Part shown: piece after piece, positions 55,013 through 64,000 of the stretch
Layout of the letters: every line of letters begins with the position of its first letter
Numbering within the stretch: position 1 is the first letter of the stretch
From: Microthrixaceae bacterium
Lineage (GTDB): Bacteria; Actinomycetota; Acidimicrobiia; Acidimicrobiales; DATDAH01
Assembly (NCBI GenBank): GCA_020637195.1
Contig: JACJWK010000002.1
Coordinates: forward strand, 2,299 to 66,298
Length of the DNA: 64,000 bases
Reading direction: 5' to 3'
Translations under genes and position numbers: made by a program
Notes under the pieces: generated by a model
What the model was told of the DNA's origin: nothing
The model's database searches: none
What the model saw: the letters and a program-made list of their open reading frames with translations, nothing else

Positions 55013-58000
55013 AGGGCGCCCCGGTCGAGAGGTCGGAGAGGTCGGTGACGAAGGCCACCGGCGGCTGCCAGGTGAACACCCGGCGGGGCGCCGCCGACCC
55101 GCGGGGTGTCGGGGCCCACCATGCCCCGCAGGAACAGGTACGCCACGCCGCCGAGGTGGCGGCCCGGGTCGTACGCGGGGAGGCGCCACCGCAGGAACCG
55201 GTGCAGGCCACGCGTAGAGCGCCGCCTGCAGCGGTAGTGGGCGTCGGCCATGGCGGCGAGCGCCTCGGGACGGTAGTGGGCGGTCAAGCCGACCTCGCCG
55301 TGGGGCACCAGGTGGTTGGTCTTGTAGTCGACCACCACGTGGCGGGCGTCGCCCCCGGGCCCGTCGGCGAGGCGGGCGACGAGGTCGATCGAGCCGGAGA
55401 GGAAGCCTCGGACCTCGGCGGTGAGCAGCGGGTCGCAGAGGCGCTCGTGGTAGCCGGCCAGCGGGTCGCCGGCGGGCAGGCCCGCGAACACGTCGGCGAC
55501 GGCGGCCATGGTGACGAGCCGGTCGTGGGGCGGTCGCCGCCGGCGAGGGGCAGGTCGAAGGCGAGCTCGTCGAGTCGGTCGTGGCGGGTGAGGTCGCACA
55601 GGCGCGTCGTCCCAGGCCTCGCCCACGGCGTCCGCAGCGCCTGGGCGACGCCCGCGACCAGCGGGCTCGTGGCCCTCGACCAACCGTGGCGCACCGGCCT
55701 CGGTCGCCGCGACCAGCTCGGCGTCGAGGTCGGCGGCGGCGAAGTCGATCTGCTCCGAGCACCTCGTGCACGAGGGTGCCGACGCAGGCGCCGCGGGGAC
55801 GTCGGCGAGCGGTAGGCGCAGGGCCTCGGCGTCGGCGGCGGCGCCCTGACTCGAGCCAGGGCTCGTCGACCGTGGCCGCCTCCTCGCGCTCGGCGTCGGC
55901 GGCCGCCACTGGTGCCCTCGCCGCCCAGGTCACGCCCCAGGTCGACGTCGAGGCGGGGGCCGGTCTCGTGGGCCTCCCGCGTGAGGCCGCTGTAGGACGT
56001 CCGCACCCAGCAGCGGTCGAAGCCGCGATCGAAGCGGGCCACGGACAGGGCCGCCGCGTCGAGCGCCGGAGGGTCGTAGCGCTCGCCCGTCGCCCCCGTG
56101 GCCTCGACGGTGGGCAGCAGCCGGGCGGTGAGCTCGACGGTGATCTCGTCCTCGGTGGGCACGTGGTCGAGGCACCGGGCGACCGCTCCGGTGGCCGGGT
56201 CGGCGGCGAGCAGCACCCGGGCCAGCGGTGAGCGGTCGCTGTCGGAGGCGCTCGCCCACCAGGCGACCACGCGGTGGCGGGCCCGGGTCAGGGCCACGTA
56301 GAGCAGGCGCAGCTCCTCCTGGTCGCGCTCGTCCTCGGCGCGGTCGAGTTGCCAGCGGCGCAGGTCGCCGCCGCCGCCGACGCTGAGCGCCCGGTGGCCG
56401 TCGGTGTCGTGGAAGGTGCACACGTCGTCGTCGTCCTGGCGGCGGGCGTCCCAGAGGCTGGGCAGGAGCACGATCGGGAACTCGAGGCCCTTCGCGCTGT
56501 GGATCGTGTGCACGGCGACCGCGTCGGCATCGGTCTCCAGGCGCCGCCGGGCCGACTCGGCGCCGGACTCGGCGCCCGGCTCGGCGGCCGCGGCGCGCTG
56601 CTCCGCCACCCAGCCCGAGAGCGCGGTCAGCGACGACGGATGGTCGGCCTGGCGGGCGTGCAGCAGCTCGGCCAGGTGGCGCAGGTCGCTCAACAGGCGG
56701 TCGCCGCCGACCGTGCCCAGCAGCCGCTCGCTGAGGCGCGTGCCGGCTTCGACGCGTCGCAGCACGCCGGCCACCGTGTGGGCCCGCGCCGTGGCGGCCC
56801 AGTCGTGCAGGAGGGCGTCGAGCGCCTCCCAGTCGGCCTCGCGGGCGGCTGCCAGGCGCGCGGCGTCCCAGCCCACGAAGGGGCCGATGGCCACCGCGCG
56901 CACCCGGGCGGGGCGGGCCGGCTGCTCCAGCGCGTCGAGCAGCTCGCCCCAGTGGCGGGCGGCGTCGGTGCGCCACACGCTGCCGGCGCCGTGGACGACC
57001 GCGGGCACCCCGACGCCGTGCAGCGCGTCGCGGGACACGGTGGCCTCGTGGTGCGTGCGGGTCAGCACGGCCAGGTCGCCCGGCCCCACCGGTCGGCCGT
57101 CGAGGGTGCTCCCGCTGTTGAGCAGGCGCACGGCCTCGGCCGCGAGGTCCTCGGCGAGGAAGGCCCGCACGGCGCCCTTCGCGGCGACCCGGGTCCTCTT
57201 GGTCAGGGCGAACCGCCCGCTGTCGTTGCGGGCCACCTTGACGAGCAGCGGCGGCCCGGCGGCGGGACCGTCGAGGCCGGGGCCCTCGGCCCCGGGCCGG
57301 GCCTGGACCGGTCGGTGGCGGATGGCTTCGTCGCCGAGCTGGGCACCGGCGAGCACGGCGTCGAGCGCGGTCAGCAGCGGCCGGTCGGCCCGCCAACTCG
57401 TCGACAGGCCGCTCCGGTGGTCGGCGCGCCGGGTGGCGGCGAGGTAGGCGTGCACGTCGCCGCCGCGGAAGGCGTAGATCGCCTGCTTGGGATCGCCGAC
57501 GAGCACGAGCCGGCAGGGCGGCTCCCCGAAGGCCCGCTCGAGGATCCGCCACTGGATGGTGTCGGTGTCCTGGAACTCGTCGACCACCGCCATCGAGAAG
57601 CGGGCCCGCAGGCGCTCGGCCACGATGTCGCCGCGGCGACCCTCGGCCAGGCTGGCGTCGAGGCGGTCGAGCAGGTCGTCGTAGGTGAGGAGCCGACCCT
57701 CGCGCTTCTGGTCGGCGATGCGGGCCCGCACGGCGCGGGCGAAGGCGCGCCGCTGGCGATCGACGGGGTGGTCGTCCACGGGGGCGATGGCGCAGTCGGG
57801 GTGCTCGACCACCGCCCGGGCGATGGCGGCGGCCGTGCCCGGCTCGAAGTGGATCTCGTCGCCGGCCAGGACCCGGCGCACGTAGAGGTCGCGGACGGCG
57901 TCGTCGACGAGGTCCCGCACGTCCTCGACGAGCTCGACGTCGCGCTCGGCGTCGCCGGCCACTCCGAGCCCGGCCAGCACCTGCTGGCAGAAGCCGTGGG

Positions 58001-58373
58001 TGGTGGCGATCGTCGCGGCGTCGAAGTCGGACAGGGCCACCCGCAGGTTGCGCCGGCGGACCGCGCGCTCGTCCTCGGTGCCCCGGCCCAGGTGGGCGAG
58101 CAGGGGGTCGAGGCCGGTCTCCACCGGCGGCGCGCCGGGCGCCAGCGCCTCCGCGGCCTGGGCCAGGCGCTGCCACACCCGCTCGCGCAGCTCGCCGGTG
58201 GCCTTGCGGGTGAACGTGACGACGAGCAGCTCGTCGAGGGGACGCCCCTCGGCGACCTCGGCCACCACGAGGGACGCCACCGCGTGGGTCTTGCCCGTGC
58301 CGGCGCTGGCCTCGAGCACGGTGACGCCCTCGGCCACGGGCGTCGTCGGGTCGAACTCCACCATCGCGGTCAC
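55009..58373 (-). pseudogene. recB: RecB (exodeoxyribonuclease V beta); helicase part intact, C-terminal nuclease part multiply frameshifted
   Basis: GTG 58373 (GTGA overlap with the recC stop). One frame is intact down to about 55925: LEASAGTGKTH, VVDEFQDTD, LVGDPKQAIYAFRG, TIHSAKGLEFP, LLYVALTRAR. The nuclease motifs are readable only by frame hopping: GTLVHEVL, GSIDLV...VVVDYKTN, HYPLQAALYA. The GTG-to-TGA span is 3365 nt, not a multiple of 3. Confidence 0.85.
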
Positions 58374-61300
58374 GACGCCGCCCACCGCCGGTGGGCGTCC
58401 AGCGCCGGCGTCCACACCTCGCGGGCGAGCACGGCGAACCGGGGATCGGTGATCACGTCGTCGAAGGGCCGCACGCCGCCGTACAGGAGCACGTGCTCGG
58501 CGTCGTGGCCCTCGCCGGGGCGGTGGAAGTCGCCGTCCCACTCCCTGGCCGCGGCCGCGCCCGGGTCCTCGTCGCCCTCTCGCTGGCGGGTGAGCCAGGC
58601 GTGGGACGTCTTCGAGGCGAGCGGGACCGGGCCACAGAGGACCTCGTCGCGCAGGGCCACGAGCGCGGCCAGGTGGCCGACGGCCTGCTCGGCGGTGATG
58701 GGTGGGAGCCCGAACCGGCGCGACCTCCCGCCCCAGCGGGCCACCAGCACCGAGGTCAGGCCGCCGTCGGTGGCGGCGCTCGCGGCCAGGTGGCGCACCC
58801 ACGTCGCCAGCTGCCGCTTCGCCGACATCGAGGAGAACGTGACCGGGCGGATGGTGGCGGCTCCGGCGAACACGTCGGCGACGGTGCCCACCAGGTGTCG
58901 GCCGTCGGGGAGCGCCACGTCGACCTCGATCGAACCCGGTCGCCCGTCGGCGACCTCGCGGGCGCTGTCGGCGAGGCGCTCGGCCTTCTGCCGGGCATCG
59001 GCCAGGACCCGCTCGCCGAGCAACCCGGGCGGCAGCTGGCCGCGGGCACGCTCGGCCGCGACCACGACGTCCGGGTCGGCGCCGGCGAGCAGGGCGTCGA
59101 GGAGGCGCCGGCCCACCTGCCACCGGCTCAGGCCGTCGAGCTCGAGCGCGAGGGCGTCGGCGTGGCGGTCGTCGTCGTCGAAGAGGCCGAGCCCGAGCCG
59201 CTGGCGCAGGAAGGCCCGGGCCGGGTGGTCGACGGCGGCCACGAGCGCCGCGAGCTCGATGACGCCCTCGTCCACCACGGGCGGCAGTGGGACGTGGGGG
59301 TCGAGGAAGGGTGCCGGCGGCGCGGGCGGTCGGGCGGCGGCCTCGGCGCCGGCGAGGAGGCGGTCGTCGAAGCTCCACGGGCCGTCGGTGCCGAGCGCGC
59401 CCGGCTCGAAGCTGCGTCGGTCCGCGGGCTGCAGCGGATGGTGGCGGACGACCTGGTGGCGGGCCAGGCGGCCGTCGGCGGTGACGGCGGTGTCGTCGAG
59501 CACGTCGAGCAGCTCGTTGACCGGCACCGCCGGCGGCAGGGGCTCGTTGGTGCGCGGGTCGTGCCCGTCGTAGGTGACGACGAGGTGGTCGCCGGCGGCG
59601 AGGACGGCGTCGAGCAGCAGCTGGCGGTCCTCGGCGCGGCGGTCGTGGTCGCCGGGGTGGCGGGCGGCCACGAGCAGGTCGTCGCCGTCGGGTGCGCCGC
59701 CGCGGGGGAAGGCACCGTCGTCGAGGCCGACGAGGCACACGACCCGGTGGGGCACCGAGCGCATCGGCACGAGGGTGCACATGGTCATCTCGCCCGTGCG
59801 GAAGGCGGCGCGGCTGGGGCGACCCTTCAGGCGGTCGGCCAGCAGGTCCCGGAGCTCGGCCAGGCGCAGCGGCGTGGCGCGGGAGCCGTCACCGTCGTCG
59901 CCGCCGGCCTCCTGGACGACCTCGGCGAGGAGCTGGTCGAGCTGGCTGCGCTGCCACGCGTCCTCCCAGCGGGTGTCCAGGAGCTGGTCGGCGGCGGCGT
60001 CCAGCGCGTGGACCCAGGCGGCGACGGGCCGGGGGTCGCGAAGCGAGCGCACCGCGCCGCCGAGGCGGCCGACGAGCTCGGCGAAGCGGCCGGCCAGGTC
60101 GATGTCGCCCGAGTCGACGTCGTCGAGGGGGAGCACGCCGCCCACGAGGCGCAGCTCGTCCTCGGACATGGCCACGCCCAGGAGCACCCGCCGCAGCCCG
60201 GCGGCCCAGGTGCCGGTGTCGACCGCCGCGAGGTCGTAGGGGGCGCGGTGGTCGCCGTCGAGGCCCCAGCGGGTGCCGGTCTGGTCGACCCAGCGGGCCA
60301 GGCGCTCGAGGTCGTCCTCGTCGAAGCCGAAGCGCTGGCGCACCGGGGGCAGGGCGGCGAACGCGAGCACCTGGGTGGCGGTGAGGCGGGCGTCGACCAG
60401 CGCGAGCAGCTCGGCCACGGCGCCGAGGACCGGGTTGGTCTGGCGGAGCGAGCGGTCGGCCAGCCGGTGGGGGATGGCGCGGGGGTGGTCGGGCTCGTCG
60501 TCGAAGGCCGCCCGGAGGAGCGGTGCCAGGTCGTCGATGTCCGGGCACATGACCACCACGTCGCGCGGCTCGAGGGTGGGGTCGTCGGCGAGGAGGTGGG
60601 TGATCGCGTCGCGGAGCACCTCGGCCTGGCGGGCCCGTCCGTGGCAGGCGTGCACCTGGACCGACCGGTCACCGGGGTCGAGCCGTGCCCGGTCGTCCGG
60701 GTCGGTGGGGGGCGGCTCGTCGGCCCGGATGGCGGCCTGGAGGCGGCGCAGCAGGGTGGGCCTCGCCGGGTCGTCGTCGGGGAGCGGGTGGTGGCGGTCC
60801 TCGGTGGTGGCGTGCGGCGCCACGGCCAGCCGGCGCCGCAGGACGACGCCCATCTCGTGGCTGTCGCGCCCCCAGGCCCGCAGCAGGGGGTGGCGCAGCG
60901 CGACCTGGTCGCCGGTGCCCCAGCTCGCCGGCGACGGGTGCAGGGCCAGCACGTGGACGTCGCGGTGCGCCGCGAGCGCCTCGAGCACGTCGAGGTAGCT
61001 GGCGGGCAGTCGGGTGAGCCCGAACAGGAACAGGCGCTCGGGGAGGTCGCCGGCGAGGTCGCGGTCGGCGGCCAGCGCCGCGCAGCCGGCGGCGGTGCGC
61101 TCGGCCGGGCTGGGCTGGTCGACCGCGGCCCGGAGGCGCCGCCACAGCTCGGCCTGCCAGGCCACGTGGGGGTCGAGCGCCTGTCCGTCGCCGTCTTCGT
61201 CCCTGCCCTGGTGCCAGGCCCGGACCATGGCCGGTCGGTGCACGGCGTAGCGGTCGTAGAGGTCGGCGAGGTGGCGGACCGCGGCGAAGCGGCGGTCCCG

Positions 61301-61705
61301 GCGGGCCAGGTCGTCCTCGGCGCCGGCGCCGGCGCCGAGGTGGCCGGCGAGGACGAAGAGCCAGTCCTCGTCGAGGCAGGCGTCGACCACGTCGAGCAGC
61401 GGCCAGGCCAGGCGCTCGGGGCGCCACGGGTCGGTGTCGGGGTCGACGCCGGTGACCGTGGCGAGGGCGGACTGCACGAGGCGGCCGGGGAAGGGGAACT
61501 CCAGGTTCGCGCACACGCCGTCGGCCCGGCCGGGGCTGGTGCCCAGGTGGGCGGACAGGCGGTGGGCCAGCCACCGCTCGACGCCCCGGGAGTGGACGGC
61601 GACGACCTCGCGGGTGAACGGGTCGGCCGGCGGGACGGCCAGCTCGGCGGCCAGGACCTCGGCGAGCACATCGGCGCGCTCCGCTCGGTGGAGGACGAGG
61701 GTCAT
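58370..61705 (-). CDS. recC: RecC (exodeoxyribonuclease V gamma)
   Basis: Uninterrupted 1111 codons from ATG 61705 (MTLVLHRAERADVLAEVLAAEL...FTREVVAVHSRGVERWL). It is first in a recC-recB-recD order, as in other actinobacteria. Confidence 0.85.
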   Translation of the reverse strand: MTLVLHRAERADVLAEVLAAELAVPPADPFTREVVAVHSRGVERWLAHRLSAHLGTSPGRADGVCANLEFPFPGRLVQSALATVTGVDPDTDPWRPERLAWPLLDVVDACLDEDWLFVLAGHLGAGAGAEDDLARRDRRFAAVRHLADLYDRYAVHRPAMVRAWHQGRDEDGDGQALDPHVAWQAELWRRLRAAVDQPSPAERTAAGCAALAADRDLAGDLPERLFLFGLTRLPASYLDVLEALAAHRDVHVLALHPSPASWGTGDQVALRHPLLRAWGRDSHEMGVVLRRRLAVAPHATTEDRHHPLPDDDPARPTLLRRLQAAIRADEPPPTDPDDRARLDPGDRSVQVHACHGRARQAEVLRDAITHLLADDPTLEPRDVVVMCPDIDDLAPLLRAAFDDEPDHPRAIPHRLADRSLRQTNPVLGAVAELLALVDARLTATQVLAFAALPPVRQRFGFDEDDLERLARWVDQTGTRWGLDGDHRAPYDLAAVDTGTWAAGLRRVLLGVAMSEDELRLVGGVLPLDDVDSGDIDLAGRFAELVGRLGGAVRSLRDPRPVAAWVHALDAAADQLLDTRWEDAWQRSQLDQLLAEVVQEAGGDDGDGSRATPLRLAELRDLLADRLKGRPSRAAFRTGEMTMCTLVPMRSVPHRVVCLVGLDDGAFPRGGAPDGDDLLVAARHPGDHDRRAEDRQLLLDAVLAAGDHLVVTYDGHDPRTNEPLPPAVPVNELLDVLDDTAVTADGRLARHQVVRHHPLQPADRRSFEPGALGTDGPWSFDDRLLAGAEAAARPPAPPAPFLDPHVPLPPVVDEGVIELAALVAAVDHPARAFLRQRLGLGLFDDDDRHADALALELDGLSRWQVGRRLLDALLAGADPDVVVAAERARGQLPPGLLGERVLADARQKAERLADSAREVADGRPGSIEVDVALPDGRHLVGTVADVFAGAATIRPVTFSSMSAKRQLATWVRHLAASAATDGGLTSVLVARWGGRSRRFGLPPITAEQAVGHLAALVALRDEVLCGPVPLASKTSHAWLTRQREGDEDPGAAAAREWDGDFHRPGEGHDAEHVLLYGGVRPFDDVITDPRFAVLAREVWTPALDAHRRWAAS

Positions 61706-61802
61706 CCTCCGGTCACCGGGCCAGGGGTCGCGACGGGCATCACCGGGGACGGTACGCCACCGCCGTGACGCCCATGACGTGGCGGGGAGGTAGAACGTCG
61801 GC

Positions 61803-62300
61803 GTGGGCCTGCTGGGCGGCGAGACGCCGCGGGAGACGACGATCGCCTGGGCGTTCGTGGTGGTGCAGGCGGCGCTGATCCTCGCCGTGCTGCTCCTGCC
61901 CGCCGGCGACGCCTGGGCGCTCTCGCCCGCCGCCGACACCGTGGCGACGCTGCTCGAGTGGGTCGGCATGCTGATCCTGGTCGCCGGCCTGGTGAACCTG
62001 GGCCGCTCGCTCACCGCCCTGCCCACGCCCGTGCCCCACGGCGAGCTGAAGGTGGGTGGCCTGTACCGGCTGGTCCGCCACCCGATCTACACGGGCGTGA
62101 TGGCCCTGGTCCTCGGTGCCGGGGCCCGCTCGGGCAACCCGTGGGCCGCGCTCGCCGCCGGCGGCCTCGTGGCCTGGTTCGCGGCCAAGGCCCGCTGGGA
62201 GGAGGGGCGCCTGCGGGCCCGGTACCCCGGCTACGACGAGTACGCCGCGGCCACGCCCCGCTTCGTCCCCGGCTGGCCCTTCGGCGCGGACCGCACCTGA
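61803..62300 (+). CDS. isoprenylcysteine carboxyl methyltransferase (ICMT/PEMT)-family membrane protein
   Basis: About 4 TM helices. GLYRLVRHPIYTGVMALVLG and ...EEGRLRARYPGYDEYAAATPRFVP. Confidence 0.75.
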   Translation: MGLLGGETPRETTIAWAFVVVQAALILAVLLLPAGDAWALSPAADTVATLLEWVGMLILVAGLVNLGRSLTALPTPVPHGELKVGGLYRLVRHPIYTGVMALVLGAGARSGNPWAALAAGGLVAWFAAKARWEEGRLRARYPGYDEYAAATPRFVPGWPFGADRT

Positions 62301-62310
62301 CCGCCGCCGA

Positions 62311-63837
62311 TCAGCCAGCGAGGGGGAAGGTGGCCGCCACGAGCGAGAGCGGCGGGATGTGGAGCTCGGCGCTGCCCGCCGTGCACGAGAGCCCGGCGAA
62401 GGGCGCCGCCTCCACGACGTGCGGGTCGTCCCACGTGTTGCGGGCGCGCGGGTGCGGGCCGGTGAGCACCTCGCACGGGCCGATGCGGTCGAGGGATCGG
62501 CCCGCCAGGCCAACCTCGAGTGGGGCGGTCGCGGTGAGGTTGCGGTTCACCGCGAAGACGTGCAGGGCCTCGGGGCCGAGCACCGCGGCGAGGTCCACCT
62601 CCGGGACCGTGCCGAACCGCCGGGTCTCGTAGGCGGGGCCGACCGCGGTGACCCGCAGCGAGTCCCCCGCCCGGCGGCTGCTGAACATCCGGAAGGTGTG
62701 GAAGATCGACTGCACGAGCAGGTCGTCGCCCTTCGTGAGCAGCGGCGCGATGACGTTGACCATCTGGGCGAGGTTGGCCACGCGGACGACGTCGGCATGG
62801 CGCAGGAAGCTGGTGAGGAAGCCGGCCGCCACGAGGGCGTCCTCCAGGTTGAAGACCTCCTCGATGAGGTGCGGGGCGCGACCGCCGAAGCGGGCGGGCA
62901 GGGCCATGCGGGCGAGGGTCTGCGGCGCGGTCTTGTACCAGACGTTCCACTCGTCGAAGCTGATCCGCGCGGCCCGATCGAGGCCGTGGCGGGCGCGGGC
63001 CTCCTCGCACAGCCGGGCGCTCTCCTCGATCTGGGCGTCCACACCGACCCCGAAGCCGAGGTACTCGCGCGGGCGACGCCCGAAGTTGCGGGCGTAGCGG
63101 TGCAGGCTGAGGTAGTCGAGTCCCTCGCCGAACTCGTCGAGGACGGTCAGCGACCACGCGGGGTGGCTGGGCAGGTTGGGGTCGGACGACCCGCAGGCCA
63201 CCACCTCGATGTCGGGTGACACCTCCCGCATGGCGGCGGCGGCCTCGCGGGCCCGGCGGGTGTACTCGGACGCATCGGTGTGGCCGAGCTGCCACGGGCC
63301 GTCCATCTCGTTGCCCAGGCACCACAGGTCGACCCCGTACGCCGCGGCCCGGCCGTTGCGGCCCCGCCAGTCGCCGGCGTGCGTGCCGGCGGGCTCGTTG
63401 ACGTAGCCGACGAGGTCGCGGGCGTCGTCGGCGGTGCCGGTCCCGAGGTTGACCGCCATCATCGGGGTCCACCCCATGCGCTCGCAGAGGGGGAGGAACT
63501 CGTCGGTGCCGAACTGGTTGCTCTCGGTGCAGCGCCACGCCCGGTCCAGGCGCTCGGGTCGCTGGTCGCGGGGGCCGACGCCGTCGCGCCAGTCGTAGCC
63601 CGAGACGAAATTGCCGCCGGGGTAGCGCACGGCGGTGAACGACAGCTCTCGGAGGGCGTCGAGCACGTCGGTACGGCACCCGTGCTCGTCGGCGTGGGCG
63701 CTCGTGGGCTCGTACACGCCCTCGTAGACGCAGCGCCCCATGTGCTCGAGCAGGCCGCCGAACACGCGGGGGTCGACGTCGGCGACCACGTCGCCGGCGT
63801 CGAGCTCGAGCGTCGTCGGAGTGAGGGTCGCTCCCAT
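62311..63837 (-). CDS. abfA: alpha-L-arabinofuranosidase (GH51)
   Basis: VRYPGGNFVSGYDW, CLGNEMDGPWQ (acid/base Glu), SFDEWNVW (nucleophile Glu). ATG 63837. Confidence 0.85.
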   Translation of the reverse strand: MGATLTPTTLELDAGDVVADVDPRVFGGLLEHMGRCVYEGVYEPTSAHADEHGCRTDVLDALRELSFTAVRYPGGNFVSGYDWRDGVGPRDQRPERLDRAWRCTESNQFGTDEFLPLCERMGWTPMMAVNLGTGTADDARDLVGYVNEPAGTHAGDWRGRNGRAAAYGVDLWCLGNEMDGPWQLGHTDASEYTRRAREAAAAMREVSPDIEVVACGSSDPNLPSHPAWSLTVLDEFGEGLDYLSLHRYARNFGRRPREYLGFGVGVDAQIEESARLCEEARARHGLDRAARISFDEWNVWYKTAPQTLARMALPARFGGRAPHLIEEVFNLEDALVAAGFLTSFLRHADVVRVANLAQMVNVIAPLLTKGDDLLVQSIFHTFRMFSSRRAGDSLRVTAVGPAYETRRFGTVPEVDLAAVLGPEALHVFAVNRNLTATAPLEVGLAGRSLDRIGPCEVLTGPHPRARNTWDDPHVVEAAPFAGLSCTAGSAELHIPPLSLVAATFPLAG

Positions 63838-63884
63838 CCCGCCGACGGTAGCGGCGCCACCGCGAGGGGTCGGGCCCCTCGCAC

Positions 63885-64000
63885 TCACTCGGGTTGGCGT
63901 GGTGGTGACTCGGCGCCGACGAGGCCGCGCAGCACCCCGGCCACGTTGGTGCCGAGGGCCTCGACCGCGTAGCCGCCCTCGAGCACGACGAGGGTCGGCA
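63885..64000 (-). CDS. histone-deacetylase/acetoin-utilisation (arginase-deacetylase) family protein, C-terminal fragment
   Basis: ...PTLVVLEGGYAVEALGTNVAGVLRGL... followed by stop at 63885-63887. The 5' part lies outside the window. Confidence 0.45.
   Translation of the reverse strand, partial: PTLVVLEGGYAVEALGTNVAGVLRGLVGAESPPRQPE

Overview
High-GC (roughly 70%+) actinobacterial-type chromosomal segment with about 60 densely packed genes. I found no rRNA, tRNA, CRISPR array, transposase, integrase or prophage genes. Most long ORFs in the six-frame track are Arg/Pro/Gly-rich wrong-frame artefacts of the GC content. Genes were called from recognisable motifs, lipoboxes, start-codon context and 4-nt stop/start overlaps. 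Left third: a divergent oxygenase supercluster (P450, two carotenoid/stilbene-cleavage-oxygenase homologues, a Rieske oxygenase, an SDR, a ThuA-like protein and a LigW/ACMSD-type amidohydrolase), with two exported lipoproteins translationally coupled to the cytoplasmic dioxygenase, plus a secreted metzincin protease. Middle: housekeeping genes (trmO, gluQ, ndh), a TetR-controlled VOC/SDR/flavin-monooxygenase operon with a 32-bp perfect palindromic operator, a thiolase plus hotdog-DUF35-hotdog pair, an orphan LigD polymerase domain, an alkylsulfatase, an ABC exporter and an ECF sigma factor. Right third: toxin-antitoxin debris, a TetR/TauD/F420-type/MFS module, and a recC-recB-recD-SF2 helicase chain. 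Many genes look leaderless, with a TAnnnT box (often TACGGT) 6-8 nt before the start codon. The most unusual signal is a ~50-bp palindromic element present twice, at 44.65 kb and 54.46 kb. Each copy lies inside a tract saturated with single-base frameshifts: the PhyH gene and its neighbour at the first, the RecB nuclease domain and all of recD at the second. The flanking genes are intact. I cannot tell from sequence alone whether this is real, very recent gene decay or a local sequence-quality artefact caused by the hairpin. All functions are inferred by eye from motifs; no database search was run.
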